From Spirochaetota bacterium (GTDB lineage: Bacteria > Spirochaetota > UBA4802 > UBA5550): a stretch of DNA of 50,129 bases. The position numbers were made by a program, and so were the translations under genes. This document shows, in pieces, positions 10,387-20,494 of the stretch. The stretch lies in the NCBI GenBank assembly GCA_009787025.1, contig WRGT01000069.1, positions 1 through 50,129 on the forward strand, in the 5' to 3' direction. Each line of letters starts with the position of its first letter. Position 1 is the stretch's first letter. Below the pieces are notes generated by a model. The model saw nothing but the letters and a program-made list of their open reading frames with translations. It was not told where the DNA came from and made no database searches.

Positions 10387-10533
10387 ACGGAATATAGAAA
10401 CAGGGAGTTCTCATACAATTGCACTTGCGGATACAGAGTAAAGGTATTCATAGATTTTGGCATACCTCAGGAAAAGTATAAATGCAGAAGATGCGGTAAT
10501 AATATAACAAGAGAAGAAGTTGTTAAAGCGTAA
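10387..10533 (+). CDS. unannotated zinc-ribbon microprotein (ACG start or damaged start)
   Basis: manual translation (T/M)EYRNREFSYNCTCGYRVKVFIDFGIPQEKYKCRRCGNNITREEVVKA*, with CxCG and CxxCG; no ATG/GTG/TTG in frame. Confidence 0.55.
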   Translation, partial: TEYRNREFSYNCTCGYRVKVFIDFGIPQEKYKCRRCGNNITREEVVKA

Positions 10534-10539
10534 TAATCT

Positions 10540-11769
10540 TCACTTTTCAGGCTGAGTTACATAGAGATAATCAACTAAAGTTTTTCTATCTATCAGTTTA
10601 TTGCGCAGAACATCAATCAAATCCTGACGTATAACCAAACTATCGAGCCTTCTATTTGTATCTTTCGTAAGATCTATCTCTATTGGGTTATCATAAAACT
10701 TTGTTGTTACATTATTTCCTGAGTAATCATAACGCGCAAAGACTATCACTTTAGGTCTCATAATATCGGCAGCCGGAATTTCACTGATCAAACAGATCTC
10801 GCGAGTATTGAGAATACAAAAATCCCCTCTCCTGTAGAACAATTGTGAGTTATTTAATATCAGACCAACGCAATTCATAAAATCACTTACAAGCTTATAA
10901 TCGAATTTGCTATTAATAGAATTAACTATCCGCTTGATTGCAATTGCTGATGAATATGGCTGCCTATAAGGTCGTGGTGATGTAAGAGCGTCATACATAT
11001 TGCATATTGAAACAATTTTAGGCGGATACGGCAGTGTCTCATAAGGTATAGCGTAATACCCTTCATCGTCAAACTGTTCATGATGGAAAAGAACTGTTTG
11101 TAATACAATGGGATTAATATTATTGATGGTTTTCAAAATATTATATCCCTCATGCGGATGAGAACGTACTTTTAAAAACTCATCTTTGTTAAGCTTATCA
11201 GGTTTATTTAAGATTTCCCTCTCTAACTTTAACATCCCCAAATCACTAAAGAATGCGCCTAAGGCAATGTTCTCAATATCATTCCGGCTATATTTCCTTT
11301 TCCATTTTAATACCATTGCAGTTAACAGACACGTATTAACTGAATGATAAAAAATGTAGTCATCAAAATTTTCTATATCATGCGCAATATCGGCAATTGT
11401 AATCGATTTATTATCAAGATCCTCAATTAAGCCTGACACCATCTCTTCGCTGCTTTTATAATCATCAACTGTTACAGACTCGTTTTGAGCTATATTCTCA
11501 AACATATTTTTCGTTTTGGTTACAAAAGAGTTATATATCTTATTAAATTCCGGCGTTGAAGCAGCATCTGATGCGAAATAATATACAGTACTCCCATATT
11601 TTTCAATTATAATCTTAATCTTTTGAGCAGTCAAAACCTCATTCTTCTCAAGGAGTTTTTCACCATCAAATGAATATATGGGATAAACAAATGTCTTATT
11701 AGGTATGATATAATCAAGATTGATAAGTACTTTTTTTCTGTTGTCACTCTCGTTTGTCATAATCACCAT
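10540..11769 (-). CDS. HD-GYP-like domain protein, degenerate
   Basis: HSVNT, SDLG (HD to SD), HPHEGY, HHEQFDDEGYY, YDALTSPRPYR. Confidence 0.85.
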   Translation of the reverse strand: MVIMTNESDNRKKVLINLDYIIPNKTFVYPIYSFDGEKLLEKNEVLTAQKIKIIIEKYGSTVYYFASDAASTPEFNKIYNSFVTKTKNMFENIAQNESVTVDDYKSSEEMVSGLIEDLDNKSITIADIAHDIENFDDYIFYHSVNTCLLTAMVLKWKRKYSRNDIENIALGAFFSDLGMLKLEREILNKPDKLNKDEFLKVRSHPHEGYNILKTINNINPIVLQTVLFHHEQFDDEGYYAIPYETLPYPPKIVSICNMYDALTSPRPYRQPYSSAIAIKRIVNSINSKFDYKLVSDFMNCVGLILNNSQLFYRRGDFCILNTREICLISEIPAADIMRPKVIVFARYDYSGNNVTTKFYDNPIEIDLTKDTNRRLDSLVIRQDLIDVLRNKLIDRKTLVDYLYVTQPEK

Positions 11770-11817
11770 ATTAAAAACTTTTTTAATAAATTTAATAAAA
11801 TCAATATAATTATGGCT

Positions 11818-12561
11818 TTAAGATATACTTTTCCAATTAGTTACAGCATATGCGGAAAATCTCTCTTTGGTTCTATTGAAAAGTCTGTGATAAAATAGAT
11901 ACTCAGAACCGTTTAGTGATGTAACCTGACATTCAAGATCATCTCCATAATTGATTTCACCCTTAAAAAATATATCAATTGATGTTAGAATTGCGCTTCC
12001 TTTAAGTCTTTCATAAATACTCTCAAAAAAAATATCTGCATATGAGGCATTATTCATGTGACCATTTATATCTATATCGTCATATTTAGCTTTAGTATAA
12101 TAAATATAATCATATTTATCAATCTTATCGGCGGCTTCAGCAGGAAATTCAAGATTTATCTCATTTGAATAATCAAGCTGAGTTTTTACAGGTTCAGGAA
12201 TTGCAACAGGCTTTCTGCTGGTTCTATCTATTAATGCAAGAGATGATGTAGCTTTGACAATAATATCGTCTTTATCATTATTAATGGCAAAATCCCTGCA
12301 TACAAAATTACCAATCATACGTGAGCGCCAAGTTTTGCAGTATATCTTATCATATATTTTCGGATAATCATATACAGCAGCATAAAACCTGCTATAAACC
12401 CAGGTAAAATTCTGTTCCGACATCGAAGTAAGAGACGTGCCAAGACTTTTTGAATGCAGATCAGCAGAGCATTGCATATAATTAAAAAGTGATTTTATTC
12501 TAACTCTTGAATCAGAACCGGCATCAAATATCTGTACTACAAACTCGGCGCTCTCTCCCAT
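11818..12561 (-). CDS. acyl-ACP thioesterase
   Basis: DIDINGHMNNASY catalytic motif, tandem hotdog layout; start placed at MGESAEF (12561), the TTG at 12618 is an alternative. Confidence 0.85.
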   Translation of the reverse strand: MGESAEFVVQIFDAGSDSRVRIKSLFNYMQCSADLHSKSLGTSLTSMSEQNFTWVYSRFYAAVYDYPKIYDKIYCKTWRSRMIGNFVCRDFAINNDKDDIIVKATSSLALIDRTSRKPVAIPEPVKTQLDYSNEINLEFPAEAADKIDKYDYIYYTKAKYDDIDINGHMNNASYADIFFESIYERLKGSAILTSIDIFFKGEINYGDDLECQVTSLNGSEYLFYHRLFNRTKERFSAYAVTNWKSIS

Positions 12562-12868
12562 ATTAAACAAAATCCACTTAAAAAATTTATATAACAATAC
12601 AAAGTATAATCTTTGCAATAATTTGTCTATGAAATATATTAAAAGTTACAAATAAAGAATTAATATTTTAATTTAAATTCTATTTAAAGAAAAATCATAC
12701 AACTTTTTTATTATTGATTATTAACAAGATATATAATTTTTTGTTATTTTAAACAGCAAAGTTGGCAAAATAAAGTGATTGTCAATAGAAAAAATTTAAT
12801 ATATAAAAATTACCACATACTTAAAATTGCGAATTAAAAATCTAATACTAATACAACAGAGGTTATCT

Positions 12869-14305
12869 ATGAAAAAAATATTATTTTATGTTATTTCTGT
12901 AATAGCAACAGCAATAATCCCAACGGTCATAACTCTATCCATCATCTTAACATTATCTGTTAATGAAAATTTCTATATAAGTATCATTAAAAGACTCAAT
13001 CTGATTGAGACATTCATAGTAACAAAAAATGCGCAGATAGAAAAGGAAATACAAATAGAGGTGGAAAAGAAGACAGATATGTCAGCTTACAGAGAAGTGT
13101 ATGAATCTTTAAAAAAGGATTATGAAGATAAATTAATAGCATATAGAACTATAAATAAAACGGATGAATTTGAAAAATTAGATAAACAGATAGACGTCTT
13201 AGACGATCTTAAGTGGGAAAAGTCGGATGATACGTTCAAGACTAAGGACGACTTTAATAAATTCAAAAAATTAAAGATGAATGACCTTAAAACCGCTCTA
13301 AAAGAGATAAAGGATTATCGCAAAGAGAACAAAAAAGCCATTAACAACGCAGAAGATGTAATGGATGATGCTGAGGATAAATTTAAAGACGCTCAAAAGC
13401 AACTGAAGAAAAAAGAAAATCAGGCAAAAGATATAATTGAAACCCGAAGAGGGGAATTTATGAATGAGATGCATCATGACATAGGAAAGGTTGAACCTCT
13501 GCTGTCAAAAGATTTCAATAATCTCTTTATAGATAAGGAACTTAAATCTATAATTAAGACATATATAGATTTTCTCACTTCATGGGAAAATCAGATCAAA
13601 GCCGGAAACATATATGAGGCTAAACTCAATGTAGAGAATGGAATTGTTGAAACTGTAAAAAAAATAAAACTCCCGCCGCTAAGAGTCAATCTGCGGGTTA
13701 AAGTAAAAGAAAACGGTTTTGAAAAAGAGAAGAATATTTTAAGCGAAGTTTTCGTTGAAAGAATAAGAGAAACATCAGGTTTAAAAAGTCCTTGGATACT
13801 TACGCAGATATTTAAATTTTCAGATTCATGGATAGCCGAAAGCATAGTAAGTTCCAAACTAAAAGACTCGGGCTTGCGATTATCGAACGGACTAATACAA
13901 TCCAATGCAATAATAATAGCAGGCGAACAGGCTGAAAATTTAGAAAAGGTCATGATGGTCCTTTCAACTGCACGTTACGCTCCGTATATTGCAACAGGCG
14001 TTATTATACTTTGTGTTATGTTATTATTTATTCTGTCATCTAACAAAAGAGACGGGCTTAGGACTTCCATGTTAATTATTAGATATTCGTCTATCATTAT
14101 GATTATTGGGAGTATTGCTGCAATCATTGTTTCAATGAAACCGGAACTCTTATTTCAACCGATTGTTGATGATCCTATACAGTCAATCTTCTTTGATAAG
14201 ATTCTGGAAATAACATCATTGCATATTGTAATACCTGCGCTTGTAATATTTTTTGCTCTGTCCGTTATTGGAGGAGCTCTTGCAAAAATATTGAAAAAGA
14301 AATAG
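12869..14305 (+). CDS. membrane protein with large coiled-coil extracytoplasmic domain
   Basis: one N-terminal and about three C-terminal hydrophobic segments around a K/E-rich region; GAGG RBS before ATG 12869. Confidence 0.7.
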   Translation: MKKILFYVISVIATAIIPTVITLSIILTLSVNENFYISIIKRLNLIETFIVTKNAQIEKEIQIEVEKKTDMSAYREVYESLKKDYEDKLIAYRTINKTDEFEKLDKQIDVLDDLKWEKSDDTFKTKDDFNKFKKLKMNDLKTALKEIKDYRKENKKAINNAEDVMDDAEDKFKDAQKQLKKKENQAKDIIETRRGEFMNEMHHDIGKVEPLLSKDFNNLFIDKELKSIIKTYIDFLTSWENQIKAGNIYEAKLNVENGIVETVKKIKLPPLRVNLRVKVKENGFEKEKNILSEVFVERIRETSGLKSPWILTQIFKFSDSWIAESIVSSKLKDSGLRLSNGLIQSNAIIIAGEQAENLEKVMMVLSTARYAPYIATGVIILCVMLLFILSSNKRDGLRTSMLIIRYSSIIMIIGSIAAIIVSMKPELLFQPIVDDPIQSIFFDKILEITSLHIVIPALVIFFALSVIGGALAKILKKK

Positions 14306-14316
14306 GACGACTCTAA

Positions 14317-15429
14317 ATGAAAGAAAATATTGTATGGCTTAGTTTTGATCTTGTAAAAAATTTTATGAAGGATGTCTTCATAAAAATCGGCGTTCCGAAA
14401 GAAGATGCAGAAGTTTGCGCAGAGATACTTATCGAATCCGACAGGAGGGGTATTGATTCCCATGGAATTAACAGGATGAAACCCATTTACTTTGACAGAA
14501 TACGTGACGGCATTCAGGAACCTGTTACAAACTTTGAAATCATAAAAGATAACTTTGCTACAGCCGTTATTGACGGTCATAATGGAATGGGTCATGTTAT
14601 TGCAAAAAAATCAATGGATATGGCTATTGAAAAGGCTAAAAAATTCGGCTTAGGTATGGTTACTGTTCGCAACTCAACGCACTATGGGATTGCAGGCTAT
14701 TATGCAACAATGGCAAGCGACCGGAATATGATAGGTATTACAGGGACAAATGCAAGACCGTCAATAGCCCCCACATTCGGCATTGAGAATATGCTCGGGA
14801 CAAATCCCCTTGTGTTTGGAATACCAACAGATGAAGATTTTCCGTTTGTGCTGGATTGCGCCACATCCGTCAGCCAGCGCGGCAAAATTGAGGTCTATGC
14901 AAGAACCGGAAAAGATATGCCTACAGGATGGGTAATTGACAGAGACGGAAAATCGACCGTTGATTCCGTTAAGGCGCTGCAGCAGCTTATAGACGGTACT
15001 GCGGCTCTGACCCCTGTTGGAGGAATAGGGGAAGACGGAGCAGGATTTAAAGGATACGGCTATGCGACTGTTGTTGAGATTCTCTCTGCAGCGCTGCAAG
15101 GGGGAAGTTTTTTGAAGATGCTTACAGGATTTGAGAATGGGAAAAAAGTTCCCTACAGGCTTGGACATTTTTTCATAGCAATAAATATTGAACACTTTAT
15201 TGAAGTCGATGAGTTTAAAAAAATAACAGGTACTATTCTAAGACAACTCCGCGCGTCGGATAAGATGCCGGGTGAAAACAAAATATATACTGCAGGTGAA
15301 AAGGAGTATATTGCCAGATTAGAAAGATCCGGTAAAGGCGTGCCTGTAGGTGAAGATGTTCAAAAAGAAATGATCGCCATGAGAGATGCAACGGACCTGA
15401 GTCAGTATATTTTCCCGTTTGAAAAATAG
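14317..15429 (+). CDS. Ldh_2 family (malate/L-lactate/L-sulfolactate dehydrogenase-like) oxidoreductase
   Basis: SDRRGIDSHG, NSTHYG, GTNP, DCATS, KGYG. Confidence 0.9.
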   Translation: MKENIVWLSFDLVKNFMKDVFIKIGVPKEDAEVCAEILIESDRRGIDSHGINRMKPIYFDRIRDGIQEPVTNFEIIKDNFATAVIDGHNGMGHVIAKKSMDMAIEKAKKFGLGMVTVRNSTHYGIAGYYATMASDRNMIGITGTNARPSIAPTFGIENMLGTNPLVFGIPTDEDFPFVLDCATSVSQRGKIEVYARTGKDMPTGWVIDRDGKSTVDSVKALQQLIDGTAALTPVGGIGEDGAGFKGYGYATVVEILSAALQGGSFLKMLTGFENGKKVPYRLGHFFIAINIEHFIEVDEFKKITGTILRQLRASDKMPGENKIYTAGEKEYIARLERSGKGVPVGEDVQKEMIAMRDATDLSQYIFPFEK

Positions 15430-15442
15430 TTTATATATATCC

Positions 15443-17290
15443 TCACGATAAATCTATTTTTTTAAGCTCAGATTCAAAATATATCCTCTTTTCATCAAGG
15501 GATATATTAAGGCTTTCGTATTTTTCAAAGAGGTTATCTATCTCTTTCTTTAGAGCATGTATTTCTTTGGAGAGAGTTTCAATCTCCCTGCTCTTGCCGT
15601 CTTCCGATACTTTGATAATCTCATTATTTTTAGTTTTAAGAGACTGTTCCTTTTCCGAGATTAAACTCTCAATCTCCGCAATCATATCCTCTATGGGCTT
15701 AATCTCTTTTGAACGCCTTGTGATAATATCGGATCGCAGTTTTCTTATATCTTTTTTATTGTATAATGTCTCTCTCCTGTTATCTTCGGAGCTGTTAAGG
15801 TCATCGCCCTTTTCCTCTTCCCAGCCGATCTTTTCGAGAAAATCGCTGTATGATCCCTCATAAATCATTACTCCGCTCTTTTGAAATACAATAAATCTGT
15901 TTGCAAGAGTATGAAGAAACATTTCATTGTGCGTTACCATGACCAATGCTCCGGGAAATGAATCTATCGCAGCCATAAGGGCATCGCATGATTCCATGTC
16001 GAGGTGATTTGTAGGTTCATCAAGGAATATGAGGTTAGACGGAGCTGCAAGTATTTTACCAAGCAAAACCCTGCTCTTCTCACCGCCGGAGAGTACGTTG
16101 ATTTTTTTTAAGGCATCGTCTCCTTCAAACATCATGGCGCCGGCAATGTTACGGGCAGTCTGTTTTTCACATCCAGAAGCAGAGATCTCCTCTTCTACTG
16201 TAAAATTACTGTTTAATTTAATTATATTTGTCTGGGCAAAATATCCCAATCTTGCATTTGCATGTATGCTCATATTTCCAGTATCAGGCGCAAGATCACC
16301 TGCAAGGAGTCTAAGGAGAGTTGTCTTGCCGCGGCCGTTTTTCCCTATAACGCATATTCTGTCATCGCTTCTTATTATGAGATTAAAATCCTTTACTATC
16401 GGCGTATCGGTATTATATGAGAATGAAATATCTTCAACACTCATAAGCGTCTTTGCATTAAAAGGTTTATAGTTAAACGAAAATTCCAGCTCCTTTATCT
16501 TTTCTAATTTATCGAGAGTCTGTCTCTTCTCCAAAGCCTTAACCCTTGATTGAACCAATCCTGCTAACCGAGCCTTTGCCCTGAATCTTGAAACAAAGAG
16601 TTCAACCTCTTTTCTCTTCTTCTCATCATTTATTCTTGTCTTTTCGTAGATCTCTTCCTCTTTAAGTATTTGATCATAGAGCTTATCTGTTGTCCCTTCT
16701 ATCTTTCGTATCTTCTGTCTATGGATTCCAACAGTATGTGTTATTACGCTGTCCATAAAGGATCTGTCGTGTGTAATGAGGATCAACTCGCCCTTCCACT
16801 GTCTTAAATATGACTCAAGCCATCTGATTGAAATAATATCAAGATAATTAGTCGGTTCGTCAAGGAGAAGCATATCCGGCTCGGATACGAGGGTTTTTGT
16901 CAGATTAAGCCGCACCTGATATCCCCCTGAAAATTCTAAGGGATCTCTTAGCATGTCATCACCAGTGAAACCTAATCCAAAGAGGATTTTTTCAACCTTC
17001 CATTTATTGTCCTTATCCCATTCGGGTAAACCGCGGCATCCCTCTTCAATTACGCTTTTTGCTTTAAAATTAATATGCTGCGTAACATAACCTATTCTAT
17101 AATTTTTCGGTATTATAATCTCACCGCTGTCAATATGTTCCTCGCCGATAATCATTCTTAACAGGGTAGTCTTTCCATGGCCGTTTCTGCCGGTTAATCC
17201 TATCTTTTCGCCGGAGTTTATATTAAAGCTAATATCATCAAAAAGCGTCTGCTTTCCAAAGGATTTTTCTAAATTGACTACTTTTATCAT
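15443..17290 (-). CDS. ABC-F family ATPase
   Basis: two ABC cassettes (GRNGHGKT/FSGG/LLDEPTN and GKNGRGKT/LSGGE/LDEPTN), C-terminal coiled coil, no TM segments. Confidence 0.92.
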   Translation of the reverse strand: MIKVVNLEKSFGKQTLFDDISFNINSGEKIGLTGRNGHGKTTLLRMIIGEEHIDSGEIIIPKNYRIGYVTQHINFKAKSVIEEGCRGLPEWDKDNKWKVEKILFGLGFTGDDMLRDPLEFSGGYQVRLNLTKTLVSEPDMLLLDEPTNYLDIISIRWLESYLRQWKGELILITHDRSFMDSVITHTVGIHRQKIRKIEGTTDKLYDQILKEEEIYEKTRINDEKKRKEVELFVSRFRAKARLAGLVQSRVKALEKRQTLDKLEKIKELEFSFNYKPFNAKTLMSVEDISFSYNTDTPIVKDFNLIIRSDDRICVIGKNGRGKTTLLRLLAGDLAPDTGNMSIHANARLGYFAQTNIIKLNSNFTVEEEISASGCEKQTARNIAGAMMFEGDDALKKINVLSGGEKSRVLLGKILAAPSNLIFLDEPTNHLDMESCDALMAAIDSFPGALVMVTHNEMFLHTLANRFIVFQKSGVMIYEGSYSDFLEKIGWEEEKGDDLNSSEDNRRETLYNKKDIRKLRSDIITRRSKEIKPIEDMIAEIESLISEKEQSLKTKNNEIIKVSEDGKSREIETLSKEIHALKKEIDNLFEKYESLNISLDEKRIYFESELKKIDLS

Positions 17291-17415
17291 TTATACATTA
17301 ATCTCGCTTAAACATTTTGCATCAATTCATATAATGATTGTGTAAAACGCAAACAAAATAAAATATAAATATGGTATGTTTTTTGCAAATTATGCTTTAA
17401 TCTTTAATCACATAA

Positions 17416-19224
17416 TCAATCTATCTTTAGAATAGTTAAAAACGCCTCTTGCGGAATTTCAACAGAGCCTATGAGTTTCATCCTCTTTTTACCCTCTTTC
17501 TGCTTGTCTAAGAGTTTTCTTTTTCTTGTAATATCGCCGCCATAACACTTTGCAGTTACGTCCTTTCTCATCGGCGATATATTCTCCCGCGCAATAATAT
17601 TGCCTCCGATTGCAGCCTGTAGAGGAATCTTAAATTGATGTCTTGGTATTATATCCTTTAACTTCTCTATAATATCCTTCCCCCTTAATCTTGCCTTATC
17701 TTTGTGAACAATAAACGAGAGGGCGTCCACCGGCTCGCCGTTTACAAGAATATCTACCTTAACCATCTCCGACTGTCTGAAATCTATCGGATCATAATCA
17801 AAAGATGCATAGCCCCTTGAAATAGATTTTAACTTATCATAAAAATTAAATACAATCTCTGAGAGCGGAAGTTCGTAGGTAAGCTGTACCCTGTCTGTAG
17901 TAATGTACTCCATATTTTTATGGATTCCCCTGCTCTCCGTAACAAGCTGCATAATGTTGCCGACATAATCATTTGGAGTTACTATTGATGCCGTAACATA
18001 AGGCTCTTCTATATATTCAATACTCCCCGGATCAGGCATATTGACCGGATTATCTATAGTGATAAGATCGCCGTTTCTAAGACATATCTTATATTCAACG
18101 CTTGGAGCTGTTGTAACAAGGGAAAGGTCAAACTCCCGTTCAAGACGCTCCTGTACTATCTCCATGTGCAAGAGTCCAAGGTATCCGCACCTGAATCCGA
18201 AACCCAAAGCGTATGAATTATCCGGCTCAAAGAGCAATGATGCGTCATTAAGCTGAAGTTTAAAAAGGGCGTCACGCAGCGCCTCATAGTCATCTCCAAA
18301 CATGGGATAAAGTCCTGAGAATACCATTGACTTAACATTTTTAAAGCCATGAAGGGGTTCCTTTGCAGGATTTTTAGTTAAGGTAACTGTGTCGCCGATT
18401 TTAGTATCTACTACACTCTTTATCCCTGCAACAATATAACCTACCTCTCCGGGACCAAGACTATCCCTCTTCTCAAGCGTAAGTCTAAAAACTCCAACCT
18501 CTGTAACAGTAAATTCCTTGCCTGTTGAAAGGAGTTTAATTACGTCATCTCTCTTTACTCTTCCGTCAAATATACGCACCTTGATAACTGCGCCCAAATA
18601 TTGATCGTAAAACGAATCAAATATAAGCGCCTTAAGAGGCGAATTTTCATCACCCTTTGGCGCAGGTATAAATTCAACAATCTTATCTAACAGTTCGTCA
18701 ATCCCTATCCCCTGTTTGGCAGATGTTAAGATTGCATCATTAGTATCGAGTCCCAAAATTTTCTCTATCTGTATCTTTGTTGATTGAATATCTGCGCTCG
18801 GCATATCGATTTTGTTTATTACGGGAAGTATCTCTAAGTCGTTCTCTAATGCAAGGTAAAAGTTGGCAATTGTCTGCGCCTCTACGCCTTGTGAAGCGTC
18901 AACAATGAGTATTACTCCGTCACAAGATGTTAATGCGCGGGATACTTCATAAGTAAAGTCCACATGCCCCGGAGTGTCGATTAAGTTGAATGTATAATCT
19001 ATTCCGTCTTTAGCTTTATAATTTAGAGTTACAGTTGTGGATTTTATTGTAATTCCTCTTTCACGCTCAATATCCATTGTATCAAGCATCTGGTCCTTTT
19101 TATTTCTGTCATCTACAAGACGGCATTTTTCTATTATTCTGTCTGCAAGGGTAGATTTCCCATGATCTATATGCGCTATAATTGAAAAATTCCTTATGTG
19201 AGCTAAATCCATTTTTACCTGCAA
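17416..19224 (-). CDS. lepA: elongation factor 4
   Basis: [48 protein letters not shown]; true start may be the ATG at 19212. Confidence 0.98.
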   Translation of the reverse strand: MQVKMDLAHIRNFSIIAHIDHGKSTLADRIIEKCRLVDDRNKKDQMLDTMDIERERGITIKSTTVTLNYKAKDGIDYTFNLIDTPGHVDFTYEVSRALTSCDGVILIVDASQGVEAQTIANFYLALENDLEILPVINKIDMPSADIQSTKIQIEKILGLDTNDAILTSAKQGIGIDELLDKIVEFIPAPKGDENSPLKALIFDSFYDQYLGAVIKVRIFDGRVKRDDVIKLLSTGKEFTVTEVGVFRLTLEKRDSLGPGEVGYIVAGIKSVVDTKIGDTVTLTKNPAKEPLHGFKNVKSMVFSGLYPMFGDDYEALRDALFKLQLNDASLLFEPDNSYALGFGFRCGYLGLLHMEIVQERLEREFDLSLVTTAPSVEYKICLRNGDLITIDNPVNMPDPGSIEYIEEPYVTASIVTPNDYVGNIMQLVTESRGIHKNMEYITTDRVQLTYELPLSEIVFNFYDKLKSISRGYASFDYDPIDFRQSEMVKVDILVNGEPVDALSFIVHKDKARLRGKDIIEKLKDIIPRHQFKIPLQAAIGGNIIARENISPMRKDVTAKCYGGDITRKRKLLDKQKEGKKRMKLIGSVEIPQEAFLTILKID

Positions 19225-19311
19225 TTATTTTTTATAATATACTACGAAATGAATATTTATAGGCAGTTATTGGCAAGTATTTTTTCTTAGCGAATGTCTC
19301 AAGCAGCATCA

Positions 19312-19474
19312 TTAAGCAAATTGATATAATTTTATACCAGAAATATATTTAAAATCCGAAATATTGTATGTTATTAATTCTACATTCATTTTTATTGAAG
19401 TTGAAGCTATTAGGGCATCATCAATTTGTAATAAGTATACATGTATCTAACAAAAAATTTAATTTTCCTGCCAT
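19312..19474 (-). pseudogene. vapC: PIN-domain (VapC) toxin pseudogene with internal deletion and frameshift
   Basis: manual translation: MAGKLNFLLDTCILI then, in another frame, QIDDALIASTSIKMNVELITYNISDFKYISGIKLYQFA*; these match the N- and C-terminal PIN motifs with the middle absent. Confidence 0.8.
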
Positions 19475-19674
19475 GCTTTTTTTCGTAAAATATCTTTTGT
19501 TATCTTTCGATTTTTCCACAATCCAAAGGCAGATTCTATGGAAATTTTTTCATGTTTTAAAGAATCAATATTTGCAAATATTTCTTCCAATTTACGAAAA
19601 AACAGTATCTTGTCTTTTTCATCCAGATCTTTAACTTCTGATATTATTCTATCAATTTGCGCTAAATTACTCAT
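19459..19674 (-). CDS. putative VapB-like antitoxin
   Basis: 71 aa from MSNLAQ with AAAGGAG RBS; C-terminal SAFGLWKNR..LRKKAW; overlaps the start of the PIN remnant. Confidence 0.7.
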   Translation of the reverse strand: MSNLAQIDRIISEVKDLDEKDKILFFRKLEEIFANIDSLKHEKISIESAFGLWKNRKITKDILRKKAWQEN

Positions 19675-19839
19675 ACGCACTCCTTTAAGATAAGAATTTA
19701 TAATCTCCCCTGTTCTTGTCAAATATTTTTGTGTTCTAATTTTTTATAAAACTTTTAACCCTTTTGGAAACAAATAGAAAATACGCATGGAAGATTTTAT
19801 GAAAAATATTAATAAACAAAAATTTTTTACAAAAACCGT

Positions 19840-19868
19840 TTGACAATACACAAATAATTGTGTATGCT
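19840..19868 (+). promoter_or_regulatory. hicAB promoter with overlapping palindromic operator
   Basis: TTGACA-17 bp-TATGCT; ATACACAA-ATAA-TTGTGTAT at 19846-19865. Confidence 0.8.
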
Positions 19869-19891
19869 CTGTATAAAATAGAGATTAAAAG

Positions 19892-20086
19892 ATGACAAAG
19901 ATATATACAAGCAAAGAACTGATAAAAATAATAGAAAAAGACGGATGGTATTTAGTGAGAATTAAAGGCTCTCATCATTCTTTTAAGCATCCGCTAAAAA
20001 AAGGTAATGTTACTATACCGCATCCGAACAATGATTTACCAATAAAAACAATAACCAGTATATTAAAACAGGCAGGATTAAAGTAA
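19892..20086 (+). CDS. hicA: HicA toxin (mRNA interferase)
   Basis: SKELIKIIEKDGW..RIKGSHHSFKHP..VTIPHP..DLP..TI.SILKQAGL. Confidence 0.95.
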   Translation: MTKIYTSKELIKIIEKDGWYLVRIKGSHHSFKHPLKKGNVTIPHPNNDLPIKTITSILKQAGLK

Positions 20087-20095
20087 GAGGTTAAT

Positions 20096-20491
20096 ATGAA
20101 AAACTATATAGCGCTATTTGAAGAAAACGGAAAAGGCGGATATGGAGTAGTATTTCCTGATTTTCCGGGATGTATTTCAGCAGGCAAAACTTATGAAGAA
20201 GCAGTCCGTATGGCACATGAAGCATTATCTTTGCATACCGAAGGAGAAAAAAAATTACCAAAGCCCCGTACATTAGAACAAATAAAAAAAACATGGGAAG
20301 ATTGGAAAGAATGGGAAAAAGACGGAAATTTTGTAGTAGTATATATTGCTCTACTTCCTTTTACAATGAAAAATAAAAGAGTAAACATTGTATTAAATGA
20401 AGGATTATTAGCCCGTATTGATGCTGTTGCAAAAAATCGCTCCGAGTTTATAACAAAAGCCGTTGAAAAAATTTTAGGTATAAACACTTAA
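20096..20491 (+). CDS. hicB: HicB antitoxin with C-terminal ribbon-helix-helix
   Basis: YGVVFPDFPGCISAGKTYEEA, RVNIVL..LLARIDA..NRSEFI. Confidence 0.95.
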   Translation: MKNYIALFEENGKGGYGVVFPDFPGCISAGKTYEEAVRMAHEALSLHTEGEKKLPKPRTLEQIKKTWEDWKEWEKDGNFVVVYIALLPFTMKNKRVNIVLNEGLLARIDAVAKNRSEFITKAVEKILGINT

Positions 20492-20494
20492 CAT

